A stretch of 64,000 bases of DNA from Podarcis liolepis (taxonomy: Eukaryota), in the NCBI GenBank assembly GCA_965112155.1, contig OZ218100.1, one strand, 5' to 3'. The position numbers and the translations under genes were made by a program. Below, piece by piece: positions 24,640-36,225 of this stretch; the first letter of the stretch is position 1; every line of letters starts with the position of its first letter. A model generated the notes under the pieces. It had not been told where the DNA came from. It saw only the letters and a program-made list of their open reading frames with translations, and did not search any database.

Positions 24640-26254
24640 GGAGACAATAAACATGCATGTCTGTAATTGTTCTGGCAGGCAATACTTGGTACCTTGTCTC
24701 ATCAAACCTAATGTGAACCACTGAGAACTGAGTGCTCTTCTTCCTGCATAGTTTGACCTTCAGCTCCATTGCTAAAGTGTCATACTAGAATGCGGCAATT
24801 TACAGTATTTGGTTTTGCTATGGCCACTAGGTAACACAATTAATAAACTGAATTGGATTGTGACAATGCGAACGCAAGGAAATGGAAAAATGTCAAATGG
24901 AGTGCATTGGATTTGGAAAAAACCCTGGGTTTTGAAATGAAGTGGGTTGCTTTGGAGGAGCTAAAAAGCTGCTCTGAAGCACTTGATAAGTTTGCTGTTA
25001 CACACCTCACCTGCATTTCAGAGCCTAAGAACCACCAGCATAATATTATCCTTTCACTTTTAGTGTTTCATTAATGTTACTCTGTGGTTTGAGGGAGATT
25101 CATTCTTACAGAACCGAGAAACTGACATATTTGTTCTGGAATGTTTGTTCTTCCTATTTGGGAAATGAAAGAGCAGAGGGAAGATTTTTTGCTTGTTCAG
25201 ATGACCTGGTGTTACTTTTAACTGTGCCCTAGTTTCTTTTTCTTTTTAATGAAACATAGAGAACATCTTGATTTCCTAGGAGGGTTGGCTTTATTACGCC
25301 TATGATTGTTTCACTTAGCTTGAAGTATTGATATATAGCAATGCACAGCACAACTAGTGTTTCTATAGCCAGCGTTGGACTAAAAATCACAAAGGCCATG
25401 CACGTATGGAGCCACATTATACCTTCACTGGCTTAAATGCTACAGTCCCTCCACACCTGCACTAAAATGGGCATAAAAGGACCCAAGCTTGTACTAACAA
25501 ACACTATTTATTTCTTTGCCTTCTGAATTTCAAACCGATATAGAGCATCTGTACTATTTTCCGTCCACAGCTTTCATTCACCTGAATATTTGTCATCAAT
25601 CTGAAGCATCCTGCACCTTTAAATTAATTAATACTTAAAAGCAAAATACATATGGTATTTTAAAAAGCATTTAAATCTCAATAAAGCCAGCTTCCAGGGA
25701 GGACAAAATAGCTGTTTCCCACCAGACAACCATTCTTCAAATATCACATCATAAATATGCCATTGTTTAGCAAAATTTAAAAAACAACAAAGTAAGACAA
25801 AGTATAGAAAAGAAGAAAAATATTTGATTGTATGTCTAAGACAATTTTTTTAAAAAGAAATCATGTCTTTTCAAACAGAAATTCGCTGATATGCACACAC
25901 ATTCAAGCCGTCCTCATAAACAATTTCTCTCAAGATGTTTTTTTTAAAAAAGTTTTAATTTATCATCAGAACTAATCAAAGTGGACAATTACCAGTTACA
26001 TTTGGATATTCCCTTTCTTCTGGGTGGATTAAGCTGCTCTTAACCCTGGAAGGCAGGTTAGGCTGAGAGACAGTCATTTGACTAAGGTCACCCAGAGTTT
26101 TATAAGTAGATCATGATTTAAACCTTGGTTTCTTGCAATGAAACACAACCCCTCAGCCACTGCACTCCTCTGCTGTCTCTATAAATATCACTCACACACT
26201 TATTACTAGCTAAATCTATTGCAGAAAAACTTAAAGAAATCCCTGGGGTAGGCT

Positions 26255-26567
26255 AGTCAGAGGCAGTAATGCTCAGTGCTTTTTTTCAGGGGGCACTCAA
26301 GGGTATGCAGTACCGGCACCTTGTTGTTGTTAAAAACTTAACTTACTGTAACAACTTCATGGTGAGTACCGGCACCTATTTTTCTAGAAAAGAAGCACTG
26401 GTAATGCTTCTGAATACCATTTTCTGGAATCCATGGGTGGGGTAAAAAGTGTGCCTGTGCTCAGATCCTGCTTGCAGGTTTTCTACAGGCATTTGGTTAG
26501 CCACTGTAAGAACAGGATGGTGGACTAGATAGGCAATTTGGCCTGCCCAACTTTTCTTACGTTCTTA
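26255..26567 (+). mobile_element. CR1-type LINE 3' end (related copies at about 1917-2010 on minus and 52865-52978 on plus)
   Basis: Shared block ggcatttggttagccactgtaagaacaggatggtggactagat...cttacgttctta. Confidence 0.7.
26274..26400. mobile_element. 127-bp hAT MITE inserted in a CR1-type 3' end
   Basis: TIRs cagtgctttttt / agaagcactg and perfect 8-bp TSD gtaatgct (26266-26273, 26401-26408). Confidence 0.88.
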
Positions 26568-28607
26568 GTCTTACAGCAAAATCAGGAAAGAGTATTGGGA
26601 CTCCTTAAGGATTTTCTTATGGTATGGTTCTGAGTTCCAGAGCACACCACATCAAATGCATGAAGTGTTGACCTTGGCAGAGGTATATATAAGTACAAAG
26701 GAACAAATTGTGAACTGTGAGGCCACGCTCTGTGACATACCTACACAATGCCTTTACGAAACAAGAAAAACAGACATTTCTGCCCCATCCGTTGTAGATG
26801 TTTGATAGGAAGCAGGCATCAAACTGGCAGAGAGTAGTAGAAGATGGCATAAATCAGGGACTGAGCAGAGCTTGAAAGGAAACCGAAATGTCACGGCAAA
26901 CTTATTATTTGCAAAACTAAAGCACTACATTTCCCACTAATTCATTTTGACAGATGATCTGCCAACACCTATAACAAAATGTGATTAAGTGGATGTGCTT
27001 TGGGAAATGAATATTAAGAGATTTCCCCCACCATCTCCACATTACGATGACAATGAAGCAGGTAATTCATTAAGAAGGAAGCTTGTCGTTTTCTACTGAC
27101 AGATTGCTTTTATCCTACAAGCAAAAAAGAAGAAATGGACAGGTCATCTACTTACTCTTTCAGGCTAACATGGAAAACAGAACTTCCCTGCGCTGATTTC
27201 TCAGTTCTCCAGAGGCCATTCTCCTGTGGTTGCAATGTTTTTGCTACTCCTTCTGAATCTATCACTTCCCCAACTTAATTCTTGGGAAATTGGCAGGTGT
27301 GCTTCTTTGTTCTTTAGAATTCAGCTCTGTTCTGAACTGGCTATGGCTGCTTATTTTTTTCCTGTTTCTCAGGGAGCTTCTGGAGATAGGCATATCACCT
27401 GTAGTAGAGAAATTTGCTGAGAAATTTAAGATCTGATACAGTTTCTCAGAACACATAGCCACTAATATTAGGCATGGGCTGCACATTCCATCCTGTGATG
27501 GAATTGAACTACAGTTGTGTGCCGCTGGTCAATATATCTTGCTGCATCTGGCAAGGGGATGTAAATGCTTCTGCTTTGTTCATGTGGGGATTATGGGGTT
27601 AACTAGCTATGCCCCGAGGCAGCAAAACTCCATTGCATATGTGCAGAATGACACACCTGTCTCTCATGACAGGAAATTTTAAAGTTCTAAACTTACTTGA
27701 GCAGGTATCCCAAGGGGAAGAACACAAGATTGATGAGGAAAGTCTTTTAAAACAGATAGACAACCAGGAGGTGGGCAGATGTAGGAGATCCCAAGTGATA
27801 TTAATAAGTTTTGGGAAACCTGGGAGCAAGACTTCAAGGATCAAAAGGCCTGCTTACAAGCAAGAAAAACCCTGCTAAGAGCCTGGTGAGTTAGGGAATA
27901 TTCTGGACTAGGGCTAGGGGATTGAATTTTTCCAATTTTGATTTGTTTTTGCTTCAATGGAATATATTGGGTTTCAGGGATGTGAGGGCCACAGATTTCT
28001 TTCTCTGTAACATTCAATTGTCATATATTATTTTTCCTTTGTAAACTCATTTCTTTTTCATAAGCCCTGTGTGGCCTCAGCCTAAGGCCTATATAACTTT
28101 AGCCTTATGCTACCCAAGGAGGTTTCAGAGGGAAACCCTAGGGAAGTTAAATAAGAGGCAGGCTGGTAAATAATTGATCTCTTATCTGGTCTCTGCAAGT
28201 GCATTTAATGGGAAGGATACAAAAGAGGGGCACCCATTGTTGTGGCCAATTCTCCCTTCCCCAGGAGGCACAGGACCCAGGGAGCTGGGATATGGCTGTT
28301 ACACATTCACTGCGGGGATCAGCATACCTGTGCAAAGTCTCCCACACCATGCTGTAAGTTTTTCCATACCTGCTCTGTGCTGCTGCTGACATAACCAAGA
28401 AAATCACTCAGTGATGACCATGAACTGCAGAGTGAGTGAAGGAAAATTCCCATTTGCCATGAGGATGCTGATCCCTATGGCAGATGTTATATATAGCTCA
28501 AGTCTGACGTGTATGCATGCCTAATTATGACTAAGCCCTTGTCAAATGTGCACTGGTCTATGTGGTCAAAAGTCCCAGAATGCCAGAAGCTACTGCTGGA
28601 GTATTTG

Positions 28608-28817
28608 GGGCCAGATTCAACTAAACTGTACCGCTAGAGGAGGCCTTCCTCTCGCTCTTCCCCCACACACTCCCTTCACCCTCTCCAAATCTAGAGGGTC
28701 AGGAGAAGCCCCCAAACAGTGTGTAAAGAGAGGAAAATGGAGATTTTTATATCCAGCAAGCAGAAATGCTTGCACTGATGAAATAATCACCTTTGTGTGA
28801 TGCTGAATTCCACCCTT
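28608..28817. repeat. Dispersed MITE-like repeat (second copy at about 32981-33212)
   Basis: Both copies share ggg..gattca..., gagggtcagg and gcaagcagaaatgcttg.actgatg. Ends gggccagattca / tgaattccaccc. Confidence 0.6.
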
Positions 28818-29145
28818 CATTGTGAATCTGAGTTTTGGGGACTGTCTCCCATCTAGAACTCATTGTTACAGTAACTTAGGACACTGAAACCGTGTCCCCC
28901 AATTAAAGACAATTAAGTCTCAAAGGCTGGGATGATGGCTAAATTACTGAGATTATTGGTGGTGATGAGGGTTCTAGGAAGAAGCTGAATGGGTTTCAGA
29001 TGGTTATTTTGTTATTTTTAGTTTTAAAATATACTATGCTTTCTATAACAAAACAGTGTTTATGCCCAAGTGAATGTGTTCAGAATCAGGGCAGCAGAAG
29101 CAGACTCCATTTTGTTCCAGTAACCACAATGGTGCAATGAATTAT

Positions 29146-29212
29146 CATAGAATCATAGAGTTGGAAGAGACCACAAGGGCCATCGAGTCCAACCCCCTGC
29201 CAAGCAGGAAAC
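29146..29212 (-). mobile_element. CR1-type 3' tail
   Basis: catagaatcatagagttggaagagaccacaagggccatcgagtccaaccccctgc, the reverse of a (TTCTATGA)n-tailed CR1 end. Confidence 0.8.
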
Positions 29213-29314
29213 AGGAAATTATGTGAGTTCAAAATACGAAACTGCAAATCCCTGTGGGATTTTTGGTTGTGGTGGGGAAAATGTTGATAAACTGTTCATC
29301 TTTTGCTCTTATCA

Positions 29315-29646
29315 CAGGGGTCTGCAACCCGCGGATCCGGAGCCGCATGTGGCTCTTTTACACCTTTGAGGCGGCTCCGGGGCAGATACTAGTGAGGGGA
29401 GGAGGCGCATTGTGCGCCCCGACACTCCCCACTGTGGCAGGTGCTGTACTTGCTGTGACGTCGCATGGGGGCGGTGCGTGCGTTAGTCACACACCGTCCC
29501 AACGTCACCTTCCCGCCTGCTGTCAGATCGCGGCTCCAGAGATATATTTGTTTTAAATGTCGCAATGGTTTTGCGGCTCCCAGGTTTTTTTCTCTTCAGA
29601 AATGGGTCCAAGTGGCTCTTTTTGTCTTAAAGGTTGCAGACCCCTG
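29315..29646. mobile_element. Non-autonomous hAT (Charlie-type) MITE, 332 bp
   Basis: Perfect 15-bp TIRs caggggtctgcaacc / ggttgcagacccctg, 8-bp TSD tcttatca/tcttaaca (7/8), and a CpG-rich interior. Confidence 0.9.
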
Positions 29647-31681
29647 TCTTAACATATCAGGATTGTAGAAGCAATTGTAGAACATGGAAAGTGGTAATGG
29701 GAAATTAGAAATTGTGCACTATGTTTCTACCTGGAAGATCATTAAGTCTAAAATTATCTTAGCTGAGCCGCTGCCTGCATTATTTTTGTCAGTCGGAATG
29801 GCCTTTGCAACCACAGACATTTGGATGTCATTGGCATCTTAGCATATGCACCAGATCCAATAGATTGTAGCACATGCTTGTCCCTTTTAAGATCATAGGA
29901 ATCTGCCCAATACTGAGTCAGGCTGGGATCTCTCCTAGCCCTACCTGCAGTTACCAGGGAATGAACCTGGGACCTTGACAAGTAGATGCTCTACCAATGG
30001 GCCCTGGCTCTTCAACAAGCACCGGGCAACCTATTATTTTCTTTTCTATTCTTAATTGTATTTAGTGTACAAGCCTGGTCTTTCCCTAACTAATACTTCA
30101 TTGCAGCCTACTCCATTATTCCCCAAGAAGTGTGGCAAGATCTGCCAAGTTTTATGCTAGAGCAGAAGATGCCTGGATTGCTTATACTCCTTTTCCTGCT
30201 TTTTTGGCACTGCACAAACCAGTCTTGATTTATCCTCCTGTGCCTTTAAAGAGCTTTCCCTCTCTCTTCTTTCATTTTGAAGCTACAGTATATTGGTTTT
30301 ATATTCCCACACGGCTTACCAGCTTAAGCAGCAGAAGGTGTAAAATGAGGCAACCTAGATTTGTTTTATCTTGTGAGATTTCTCAAAGACATTGTTTAAA
30401 GCCAAGCAATATATACACTGCAGTTCAATGATAAAAGTTCTTCTGGAGCTCTGGTTCTTTCAGGAGAAGCCATGAAAATCATTCCAGCAAGAAAATAAAA
30501 AAATCAAGTGCATCCAAAGAGGAAGAAATAAAATCAATCTGCAAAAGGCAGAACACTCATCACCAAAATATACTAAGCACCATTCAGTATTTCCCCCTTG
30601 CCTTCCCAGAAATCATATTCCACCTTATTTAAAGGTTGGTGGGAAATACTTGTGGCTTCTCCATTAATTTCAAACTATAAAAGCAAAAAGGCTCCCCCTG
30701 CTACTTTCCCGATGACTCTGGGACTATGTTTCAAATATAAACAGATAGTTGTTAATCTATCCAAAATATTTTAAGTGAACTTTTAAGAAACTCTTCACCC
30801 TTTCTTCTGTAACTAAACTGAGATAACTACATAGTTTTATCAAACCTTGTACAGTTTTGTATTAATTTATTTATAAAACTATGGATAGTGTGTTCACTAT
30901 ATAGTGTTGTGCTGTGCTAAATTTCATTCATACCACTGACCATGATGACACAACAGCAGATCATTAGACATGTCACCACACCACCCTTTATGTATTTCTG
31001 TGCCTTTGTTCCTCTATAAATTACCCATGAAAATGGAGGGAAAGAATAATAAGCCACAATAGCACCCCAGGGTATTAGCCCAAATCAGACATATACATCT
31101 GGTGCAAACAAAAAAGCATGATAAACTGTGTGCTGAAAGGAAGGAATGGGTGGGACATAATTTGAAAAAAGAAATGCATAAATAAATCATAAAACTTATT
31201 GAATCTATATGAATACATGGAAGTAGTCATGTTCTGTCTGTTCCAAGAAATGGCCACTGCCATATTGAGGTTTTGGCCCAAGCTTGAAGCTAAGGCAACA
31301 TTTTTAGTTTCAGTAGAGCAGACCACAGTGAGGCAAAATAGGACGAGGTCCATGTGAAGCAAGAATTTGGGATTCAGACAGCACCATGGACAGCTCCACG
31401 TTGCACTCAGGCTGCAGACCAAGATCAAGACTGAAAGGTGGCTGCAGCAATTGGCAATCCCAGACTGAAACTCAAATGGACGGACATTTCCATGTGAGTG
31501 GCTGTCTCTGCCTTCAATGGGAGGAATCTCTTCAATTATAGGGGCCTAGGCTGCTTTATCAGCTGTTAAATCCAGTAGTACTGGGGAGATTGTACTTCTT
31601 CTGGAGCTTCTAGGCTGGAGTCCTTCAAGTCAGAGCAAGGGAAATGCAACCTCCTCAAACTGGAGTGGTGCTGGGACAGTA

Positions 31682-31907
31682 CAGTGGTACCTCATGTTAA
31701 GAACTCAATTCATTCCAGAGGTCTGTTCTTAACCTGAAACTGTTATTAACCTGAGGTATCACTTTAGGTAATGGGGCTTCCCACTGCTGCCACACTGTCG
31801 ACGTGCAATTTCTGTTCTCATCCTGAAGCAAAGTTCTTAACCCAAGGTACTATTTCTGGGTTAGCAGAGTCTGTAACCTGAAGCGTCTGTAACCCGAGGT
31901 ACCACTG
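31682..31907. mobile_element. Tc1/mariner (Tigger/pogo-like) MITE
   Basis: TA + cagtggtacctc ... gaggtaccactg + CA (mutated TA). Confidence 0.85.
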
Positions 31908-32144
31908 CAGTCTCTTGTTGTGGTAGTGCTTCTGAGGTTGTAGGGGCATACTGGGCTAGCTCTGAGGGCAATTTCCTCTCCTATTCTGATATCTCAGCCT
32001 CAGCCCCTGAAGATGGAGGGTTGGACCCTGAGGGGTCATGACAAAGTCTCACTGAGTTGTAGGGTTGTAAGGGATCCCAAGGGTCATCTAGTCCAAACCA
32101 CTGCAATGCAGAAATAACAGTTAAGGTGCACTAATACGAATAAT

Positions 32145-32495
32145 AAAGGTAAAGGGACCCCTGACCATTAGGTCCAGCCGTGACTGACTCTGGGGCTGCG
32201 GCGCTCATCTCGCTTTATTGGCCAAGGGAGCCGGCGTACAGCTTCCGGTTCATGTGGCCAGCATGACTAAGCCGCTTCTGGCGAACCAGAGCAGCGCATG
32301 AAAATGCCATTTACCTTCCCGCCGGAGTGGTACCTTTTTATGTACTTGCACTTTGACGTGCTTTCGAACTGCTAGGTTGGCAGGAGCAGGGACCGAGCAA
32401 CGGGAGCTCACCCCGTCGTGGGGATTCGAACTGCCAACCTTCTGATCGGCAAGTCCTAGGCTCTGTGGTTTAACCCACAGCACCACCCGTGTCCC
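32145..32495 (-). mobile_element. Sauria SINE, full length
   Basis: aaaggtaaagggacccctgaccattaggtccag...cacccgtgtccc. 10-bp TSD aatacgaata at 32133-32142 and 32498-32507. Confidence 0.92.
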
Positions 32496-35400
32496 TCAAT
32501 ACGAATACTTCCAAGTCAATGTGTTTAGAATCACAGCCCTAATTACTGGTACTTTCATACTGCAGAACCTAACCACACAATTTATTGGCTCTTCTATAGT
32601 TAATGTTTTGCCAACAAATATTATACATCTTGAGAGCTGATCCAGTCAGCTTCTCTCTGACAGGCATTGTCAGAGAAGTTCTTGTGTAATCAACGGGGGG
32701 GGGGGGAGTCTCCTCTCCATTGGCCTGTTTACTTTCTAAAACAAAATCTCTGAGGTAATAGCACACTTGAAAAATGAAACATATCTGATATCCCAGGGCT
32801 GCTTTAATAACCATAACCTTGGATGCACTTTTCCTCACGTTGCACTGAGTGTGAGAAGGAATGGGATTGCATGTGCTATCTGCAACTCAGTATGGGAGGT
32901 TCTTTCCATGTGATGAGGGACCCTGGAAAATCAGGTTGTATGTACATGAAACAAATAGTACACTGAACACTGAAAAATATAGGGCTGGATTCAGTTACCT
33001 GGCCTGCTTGTAGAAGCCAGTGCAAGGACTCCCTCTAGTGCAGTGGGGCTTTCCCCACCCTCTCCTCCTTCCATGACCCTTTGCGCCTCATCAAGATCTA
33101 CTCTGGAGGGTCAGGTAAATCCTTAGCACAGGGCACAAGGGGAGGAGAAAGAATTTTGTTTCATCTGGCAAGCAGAAATGCTTGTACTGATGGAACGATC
33201 TCCTTAGCACTACTTGTAGATTTATCTATTTCATTCCACTTATGAATCTCTTCCTACAAAACACCTGAAAGCAGTTTAACAATAAAAATGCCAACAATCC
33301 AAACATATATGAAACAATTTCATAGATAAAACAATTTCAAACCCAGTGCAGTTGCAGACTGGGATACAAATCTCCACTTAAAAGACTTATTGGAAAAGGT
33401 AGGCCTTCAATATTTATAAAACACTTTTCACCATTGATGATTACAAAGCTATTTACAAAACACACAATACAACAATCAGTCAAGTAATATGATGTTTAAG
33501 ACAATAAAAAACACAGGTAAAAATTGCCATCATAAGCACTGGGATGAAAATAGAGACTGTGCCTGTTTGCTACGTAACAAAAGCAAGTTCCAAGGGATAG
33601 TTGCCAACCACATTAAGTGCTCGATTGCTGCACTGTAGAGAACAAACTTCCTGATGAGATGTTATCTTCAGGAGGGGGTCTCATGCCAAGTGTGGTGATT
33701 TGTAGGGTATATTAGATATCATGGTCCAAAGCTGTATAGGGTCTTGCATACCATGTCTGTGTTCATGTCATGTTTACCCCCAGTCTGCAAACCAGGCTGA
33801 AAATTTTAAAAAGGTCTTTAACTTTTCTTTTCTTTTTACCCCAGTGGAATGAGGCATGGAAAACACTCTCTGCCCTCCTGCAGTAATTGTTTCTTTCCTA
33901 AGCCAGGGTGAGAAGCCTCAGTCTACCCCTAATAAGGAGCCAAGCCTCAGCCTTGTGCTAAACATAAAGGTTTATCCTTGCCAAAGAGAAAAAACACCCC
34001 AAATGTGGTTCCACTAACATTTTCATTGCAGCTTGATCCTTTTTTTTATGAACACAGTGAGGAAAAGATCTGCTTTTGAGAGAGAGCCTTCTAGAAAAGT
34101 TTTTTTAAAAAAGAAACCCACAAAAAACCCCTAATCAGTGAACAAAAATATCAGATCCCACTATTGGCTTCTCAGCTAAGTTCCTATTTTGAGACAGAGA
34201 GACTTTTTAATAATAAAAAACCACTCTCTGAGGAAAACAAAAATCAACTTAGATTGACACTGATGAAATATTTTATCACAATGTAGGTTGTTAGTTAACT
34301 TATATTCAGTCAGACCAATGGTTGGTCTAGCTCAGAACTGCCCTTCCTGACTGGGTGCAGCTCTCCAAGATTTCAGACAGCGGATTTTCCCAGCCCTTCC
34401 TGGAAATGCAAAGGGTTGACTTGGAATGTTCTGTGTGCAAAACACTCTACAACTGAGCCGCAGTCCTTCCCCTCTTAGCACTCCTCTCCAAGGTGCTACA
34501 GCAACTCTCCATTGTGGCTATGCAGATGAACCGTCTCCCAAGCACCTGGGTGCAAACACATGTGACTTCTTACCCACTCAGCTTGAGAGTATCCATGATA
34601 TATAAATAAAGCCACTGCACTGTGACAAGAAAAGCGACACTTTACATTACAAAGGCGCCTCCAAATTTGTCCATTTAAACATAAATAAAATTGGTTTAGT
34701 AAAATGTTAAACCACTTAGTCGGAGCACCTCTAAGCATGGTACACAATATAATATAAAATAGTACTATACGTGAAAATCAGAAAAAGTTTTCAACAAGTA
34801 TTTGAAAATAATGAACATTTTTACTGACTGCTCCGATAGGTAACCCACTGTGATGCTATTCCCCCCCCCCAATAATAATTTATTATTTATACCCCACCCA
34901 TCTGGCTGGGTTCCCCCAGCCACTCCCAAAGCTACCCCCCCAAAAAAGAATTGGCCCTTGCAATCTGGCTATCCCTACTTTTTTATACTTTGGTGACACC
35001 CACTTTCTCACTTTGGTCATGCCTACTTTTACACTTCAGACACATCCACTATTATACATCATCTCTGGAGGGATAATCATGAGTCAACGTGGCCCTCAAC
35101 CCCAAAAAATGTTAGCTACCCCTGCTTTACAAGCTTGCTTCAGTTTGAGCTTGAGGTGGAATTTCATTTAATGCAAGCCATTTTGTTCCTTTCTAGCCTT
35201 TATGTAAATATTGGTAAGGTTGAGTTCTTTGCTTCTAATATATCAGACATAAAACATTCCCTGGTGGTGCATTTTTTCACATTTCCCATGCAATCCTATG
35301 CATGTCTACTCAGAAGTCTTCCCACTGAATTCAACAGGACTTACTTCCAAGTAAATATACAGAAGTTTGCAGCCCTTTAAAGATTAATAGGCTACTGTTA

Positions 35401-36071
35401 TCAGCTGTTTGAGGCTATTTTTTGAAAGAACCAATCCAGCTTCTACATAGACCCTGAATTTCAAAGACATTTAATTTTATCTGAAGAGTGTGCCTGATTC
35501 TATTCCATCCGTACAGCAGACTGGGAACTCAGCCAAGAAGCATGAGCTATCCTGCACTTTCTGAACTGTATGTTATGAATGCAAGAGAGCTTGCAGAGAA
35601 ACCCATAAACAGAGTTGTTCCAGCATTTCTTAGTATATGCAGAACATTTTCCTGTCCAGGAGAAACAAATGTTGTTCAGAATGGAAAATCAGACTAAACA
35701 TAGACATGACAGCATGCCAGATCAGCTAGTTTACTGAGCAATCAGGTCAGGTGTGAGTAATTCTGGAAATGCGTTATATATTGCATAGAGATGTCCTTCT
35801 GTCATTCTTTCTTATGTGGCACTTGGTAGTCATGTGCCTGTTAAATGGACAGTGAAACAGAGCCACTCAAAGGCAGTGGTTTCCAAATACTTAGAAAAGT
35901 ATGCCAAAAAAATTAGTTATTTTTACTTTTTAAGGTAAGGGGAGGAACCAAACCAGTCAATGAGGGCTGAGTATGCTCACTATGCTTCAGGGAACACATT
36001 ATGATGAGCCTTAGTCAGTATGATGAAAGGGAGGAAGAAAAAGAGGGTATGGAAATTTGACTTTGATTGAA

Positions 36072-36225
36072 CCAGGAACTGGAAATCCACTCCAGTATTT
36101 TGCCAAGAAAACTCCATGGACATAAAAAAGAAGAAGCTTTGAAAAAAAAGTGAGAGTTTCCAAGGCTCTGGTTCATGGGGTCACGGAGAGTCAAACACGA
36201 CTAAGACGACTAAACAACACCACCA
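36072..36225 (+). mobile_element. Short BovB-derived element (upstream BovB segment joined to 3' end)
   Basis: ccactccagtattttgccaagaaaactccatggac, then an A-rich linker, then ctctggttcatggggtcacggagagtcaaacacgactaagacgactaaacaac. Confidence 0.7.
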
